A stretch of DNA of 64,000 nt, taken from NCBI RefSeq assembly GCF_021028975.2, contig NC_059429.1:73966001-74030000 (forward strand), read 5' to 3'. Of this stretch, positions 62,471 to 64,000 are shown one piece after another; within the stretch, counting starts at the first letter, position 1, and the number at the start of each line of letters is the position of its first letter. The translations under genes and the position numbers were made by a program. The notes beneath the pieces are model-generated. The model had not been told where the DNA came from. It saw nothing but the letters and a program-made list of their open reading frames with translations, and did no database searches. This DNA is from Sphaerodactylus townsendi (lineage: Eukaryota).

Positions 62471-62802
62471 CAGTGATGGCGAACCTTTTAGAGACCGAGT
62501 GCCGGGGTGGAGCAAGGGGAAACTGCGTCTGGGGCACGCGTGTGCCCTGTGCCCCTGCCACACTCCGTCCGCCCCCTCCCTGACCTGGAATACCCCTGGA
62601 ACCGCCTGAAATACCCCCGCCGTGCCTCCAGAACGCTCTCACCACGCCCCTGCAGGGGCGCGTGCCCAGTGCGTTGCATACCCCTCATCCCCTTGGTGCT
62701 ATGCCACTGCTGAGTGCCCAAACTGGGACAATGGCGCATGTGCCCACAAACAGGGCTCTGAGTGCCACCTCTGGCACACGTGCCATAGGTTCGCCATCAC
62801 TG
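62471..62802. mobile_element. Non-autonomous hAT (Charlie/OC1-like TIR)
   Basis: Perfect TIR CAGTGATGGCGAACCT; exact TSD TGCTAGGG. Confidence 0.93.
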
Positions 62803-64000
62803 TGCTAGGGGAAAAATGGAGTCCTATGGGTTCCAGTGTTATGAACTCCCAAATGCAAACCCATAGAATAGGATCCCCTACCCATTCTTCACCAAACTCA
62901 AGGGTTTGTATAAGGAGATTCATTAGCAGCTATGTTGCAAATTTGATGTCTCGATTGTAAAAAACAGTGTCCCAGACTGCCACAAAGACCCCCCATTGAC
63001 ACAACATTGAGCTATGTCTAAACTGAGAATCAGAGATAAATTCTTCTAAGCATAAGGAGACTGTTAGGAAATTCTTGCGGGGCTCTGTTGCATGCGGGTT
63101 GAAATAGAGGCACCAAATCTGCAATTTAGCTGCTGGTCATTCTCCTTCCAAGAACCCTCAAGTTTGGTGAAGAGTGGGTCAGGGGGTCCAGTTTTATGGA
63201 GGCCCATTTTTCTCCACTGGAAATAACAAGCGGATGCCACCACTTTGGGGCCCATGAAATTGGACCTAAGGAGAGCAACCTGAAGCTAAGCTGCAGATTT
63301 GGTGGCTATACCTTAAAAACCACCACTGCCACCCTAAGAGCCCCACAAAGATTTCCCTTGGGTTTAACAACCATATCTGTATGTGGATTTGAATTTTATT
63401 GGACTTTTTTTAAAAAAATTCAGGTTTAGTAAAACCAAATTTAAAAAATGGGGCACACCCTAGTGTACATATCATAAGCCAGACAGTGCTAATAGAGATT
63501 GATAATCTTAATACTGAGTTAAATGTTCGAATAATATTTATGTATGCAGTAACACCTCGTTCACATTGTCATCATACAGAATAAAAATATTAGAGCAAGA
63601 TTCGAGCCCATTAACACTTTAAATACTTCAACAAGATTTCCAAGGTATAAGCTTTTGAGAGTCAATAAGAGTGATAATAGTCATGGATAAAATTAGCCAT
63701 ATAAAATCTACAGCATGCAATTTAAATAACTATAAACTGCCACGGTGGTTAAGAAGGCCCAGCAAAGACTGTACTATCTGAGACTTTTAAGGAAACAACA
63801 ACTGAATGGAAAACTCCTGGTGTCCTTTTACCGCTGTGCTATAGAGAGTGTCTTAACCTACTGCATCTGTGTATGGTTCTTCAGTTGCACAGTGGCAGAT
63901 AGGAAGGCGCTCAAAAGGGTGATCACTACTGCACAGAGGATTATCGGCTGCCCTCTCCCCTCCTTGGAAGAACTCTATAATTCCCGAAGCCTAAAGAAAG

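Overview
Vertebrate genomic DNA, not prokaryotic. The repeat content (Squam3-like SINEs, SPIN, Penelope, L2) points to a squamate, probably a gecko. I reconstructed three spliced genes by hand from splice sites and reading phase. (1) A CCDC17-like gene on the minus strand: 9 coding exons, 13558->1339, running off the left edge. (2) A complete KIF2C/MCAK kinesin-13 on the plus strand: 21 coding exons, 19556-45942, 721 aa. It lies head-to-head with CCDC17 across a CpG-rich promoter with two ZNF143 motifs. (3) ARMH1/C1orf228 on the minus strand, 60213->~48773, tail-to-tail with KIF2C, with one GC-AG intron. Most entries in the supplied ORF track are spurious or partial exons. Introns are dense with hAT MITEs (8-bp TSDs), a SPIN MITE, a Zaphod-like hAT, SINEs, L2 and Penelope-like elements. 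I see no new multi-gene system. The most interesting signals are: Penelope-borne minimal hammerhead ribozymes, two of them intact and co-oriented in one CCDC17 intron; a palindromic hAT MITE carrying ZNF143 motifs whose hairpin tip is repeatedly rearranged, once by a 46-bp insertion copied from 1.5 kb away; KIF2C exons 5/6 as an apparent tandem duplicate with the RSRSTR phospho-motif in exon 6; an array of duplicated splice donors in ARMH1; and a large inverted composite transposon beside the promoter. Comparisons to human proteins and repeat consensuses are from memory, not from searches.
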